Shown here: in pieces, positions 60,791-64,000 of the stretch
How positions within the stretch are numbered: position 1 is the first letter of the stretch
How the letters are laid out: the number at the start of each line of letters is the position of its first letter
Assembly (NCBI GenBank): GCA_048013815.1
Contig: CM106585.1
Span: 4,588,001-4,652,000 of the forward strand
Source: Setoptus koraiensis
Lineage: Eukaryota > Animalia > Arthropoda
Length of the DNA stretch: 64,000 nucleotides
Direction: 5' to 3'
Made by a program: the position numbers and the translations under genes
The notes under the pieces: generated by a model
What the model was told of the DNA's origin: nothing
The model's input: the letters and a program-made list of their open reading frames with translations, nothing else
The model's database searches: none

Positions 60791-61887
60791 CGAATGGCCG
60801 CATGGCGCGTTTCCGGTGCGGAGAACGCGCCGGAGCGGCCGAGCTGACAAGTGACCTGTGAGTGTGCATGTAGTGCACGGCGCGCGAATTGGCGCGAACC
60901 AGTCAATTGCTCTGGTCGCAGCGAGCTCAATTCAAGCTCGCCGCTACCGGAGCGCCAGCGAGCTGCGCCAAAATGCCAACAATCTGATGTATCAGATTGT
61001 TGGCATCTTGAAAATGCCATTTTCTGAAGACTTGGGCAAGAATTGCCGAAAAAAATGGGCATTTTGGGCAATTGTCGCCATCGTGTTGTCGTCTGATTCT
61101 TACAATGCCAAGTGGCGAAAATGCTCAAAAATGTTGCTGCCGGCTGGCCGTTGGCCGTGCCACAATCTGGCGGCCAGATCACCTGTTGAACAGTTGATCT
61201 ATAATGGCGCGGCGACCTTGGTTATCGCCGGCAATAACTATAAATCTGGCTGACAATTAAGCGTCGTCGTTTGCCTATAAACACAACAGAGCGATAATTA
61301 CATCTGCTTGTTATATATGTTTGCTATATATGTTTGTGTGTGTGTCGAGATAAAATAACTAACTAAACTAAAGCGAGCGCTTATTTATGGCGAGCGGCAA
61401 ATTGAATCAGTCAGTGGTTAACTCTTTCGCATGGGCAAAGTTATTAAGCGAGCGAGCGCAAATTGCAATTAATAAACTATTGCGTTGCATGCTCACAACT
61501 CATTAGCTAACGACGCCAATAACCGCCGGCCGATGATGATGGGCAAACAGACTCGAGAGAGGAAAAAATTAATTTAACTCGAGCCATAACTTGAAACTTT
61601 GCGAATCAAAGTTCTGAGTTTGACTATGAGTTAAAATTTGAATTTGAATTTAAATTTAATCAGCGGCAAACAAGCGCCGAGGATTCATTTCGACTGGCGT
61701 GGTTGTCGTCTCATGGCGCAACAGCGACAGTTGTTGTCGCTGTCTTGAGACGTCTCGCAAATAAGATTTATTATAATTAACAAAACTAATCAACTTGCGC
61801 TCGCATTACACCAGCCAATTCGAGCAACAATATTCAATTGTTCCCTCAGGTGGCCGCCGGCTCACATTACCCGCCGCAGCAGCAGTG

Positions 61888-61962
61888 CCCTTCACAAAAG
61901 CATTACCCTTCATAAAAGCATTACCCTTCATAAAAGCATTACCCTTCATAAAAGCATTACCC
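61888..61962. repeat. Tandem 18-mer (AAAAGCATTACCCTTCAT) x ~4
   Basis: Units start at 61896, 61914, 61932 and 61950. Confidence 0.92.
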
Positions 61963-62741
61963 GCCGTGACAGCATTACATTACGTCATTATGGCATTGAG
62001 GCATCAAGGCATCGGGGCATCGCGGCGCGGCGCGGCGCGGAGGCATCGGGGCATTATATTATATTATAGGCAGCTCTGGGGTGAGGGCGAGATGTGGCGC
62101 TCGTTATAGGACGTATTGGTGTGGCGGGCCTAATTACGGGGCAAATTCAATATTGGAAATGTCTCTGAGTCTCGCCGTGTGTCTCGCCGCTGAGCGTGAC
62201 TCAAGTTCATTCAACTGACAGCTCCAATCTGCGTCGGGCCGTCAGTTGAACAGCGACATGCAAATCGGCCGGCCCGTCGTAATGTCAATGTCTGCCTAAT
62301 GAGATAATGAGCTCTATATGAGCTCGCTCCAGCACGCAGCTAATGGCAACAGATTGCATGAACAAACAACTCAATTCACCTGTGCTCGCCACGCAACATT
62401 TCGGCAGCATCTCGCCATACGATGTCGGCGAATTTGCATCAAATCATTTGCTGCAAATGCAAATAAATCCAAATGCGACTCGTTTGGCCGCTGGCCGGCC
62501 AGCGACGCAGCCTCATGTATCATCGCGGGCCATTGTTGTTGGTATTTGGAGCACAGTTACAGTGTCTTAATTATTGGGCTGCAATTTCGCTGCTCCAATG
62601 ATGCAACAACGACGACAACTGCGCACAGAGCCCAATTCTTTTCGCACAATTGTGCGAAAAGAATTGGCGAAAATAGAGCAAAATTTGATCACTGTCGCCG
62701 GCCGATTTGCCGCGTCCGGCCGGCGACGGAGGCGACCCACC

Positions 62742-62823
62742 GAGCCGGCTCTAGTGGCCCGAGCGGCTCTAGTGGCCAGAGCGGCTCTAGTGGCCAGAGC
62801 GGCTCTAGTGGCCCGAGCGGCTC
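62742..62823. repeat. Tandem 18-mer (GAGCGGCTCTAGTGGCC[A/C]) x ~4.5
   Basis: Units start at 62742 (variant), 62761, 62779, 62797 and 62815 (partial). Confidence 0.9.
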
Positions 62824-63044
62824 GAACTGACCGAGCGGCCTGAGCGGCTCAAACTGACAGAGCGGCCCGGACGGCTCACAATGTCGGATGGCGCGCCAAT
62901 TCAATGGCCAGTTTGGCAAATCAATCAAAAGCATGAGCGAAATTCTTGCGAAAATTGAATATCCACATGCGTTCGTGAGCTCGCCAACGAGTGGCTTCTC
63001 ATTAGGAGAGCCGGTTGTTTCTGGCCGTGAGTGTGTGTGCGAAA

Positions 63045-63350
63045 CCATCTCGTTGTTGTTGCTGTTGTTGCTGCTGTCGCTGTTGTTGTTGCTGTTGTTG
63101 CTGTTGTTGTTGCTGTTGTTGCTGTTGTTGTTGCTGTTGCGGTCTCATCGGCGAGCGAGCCGACACACACAACAACAGCAGGTATAATTGCGGTAATTTG
63201 TTGTTTGTTTTTCTGCAACAACTGCCGCAACAACGGCAACAGCCTCGCCGCTTGTTGTTTGGACGGGCCGATTCTCTGGCATGTCCACAGTTGATTGGCT
63301 CTGTTGTTGTTGTTGTTGCTGTTGTTGTTGTTGTTGTTGCTGTTTTGCTG
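63045..63350. repeat. (TTG/CTG)n low-complexity tracts flanking a CAA-rich tract
   Basis: Read directly from sequence; source of poly-Q/L/C/V shadow ORFs. Confidence 0.9.
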
Positions 63351-64000
63351 TAGTCTTCATTTGTTGCGCCGTTGCGCAATATTCAATATTCAATTTGAAT
63401 ATTAAATGAGCACACACAACACGAGACTAATCAACATGGATGGGCTTGCAATTATATCTAATTAACATTATGCAAACAACAACAGCTGATTGAGTGCATT
63501 AACAAATGGGCTGTTATTTGTTGGCTGTTGCCATTATGTGGCCATTATATAAATATAAATATAAATTATAAATTCTCAATCTTCTCAATCTATCTTTTTA
63601 CCTGTTCAATTGATTGCGATTGTGGTTCAGTTGTGGCATGTGCTGCTGCTGCAGCAGCGCGCATATTATCATCTTAGCATCTATTATCATCACGATGATA
63701 ATAGACGAAATTATTGAAATGGGCCGCTCAATCTCACAATTGCGATCACCAGCGCGATCACAATTGCGATCGCAAGACAGATGATTATATCTTAATTCAA
63801 TTCGATCATCTCATCGGCTCATCTGGGCCAGCTCATTTTGGCGTTAAATAACAATAATGGTGCGGTCGTAATCAGCCAGACAACAGCAGCATTACATAAC
63901 ATCATAGCGCAGCGTTGCGTAACATGAACAACAACAACAACAACAAGTGGTTGTTGTCTGGTCTAACTTAATGACAGGCACGTGATTGATTAGTTTTTAT

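Overview
Eukaryotic (animal) genomic DNA, not prokaryotic: spliced GT-AG genes, microsatellites and poly-Q/N/H proteins. The gene content (otopetrin, ionotropic receptor, aristaless-type homeobox) indicates an arthropod; a mite is plausible, but that is only an inference. Layout: (i) 1-22.9 kb is an apparently non-coding, repeat-rich block enriched in GGGCCC, with a multi-hairpin ncRNA candidate at about 6.2-6.4 kb. (ii) 22.9-33.2 kb is a compact gene cluster: a 3-exon, ~1491-aa otopetrin proton channel (+), a 3-exon, ~549-aa divergent ionotropic receptor (+), a 105-aa secreted orphan peptide (+) and a convergent 2-exon, ~257-aa coiled-coil orphan (-). (iii) 35-64 kb is a regulatory desert holding a ~919-aa Q50 paired-like homeobox gene (aristaless/Arx-like). 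Its homeodomain is split by a 12.6-kb intron rich in CAGGTG motifs, near-perfect palindromes and a possible in-frame cassette exon. I saw no rRNA, tRNA, CRISPR array or intact transposase. Gene models were spliced and frame-checked by hand; family assignments rest on remembered motifs, not database searches. Most entries in the supplied ORF track are shadows of low-complexity repeats.
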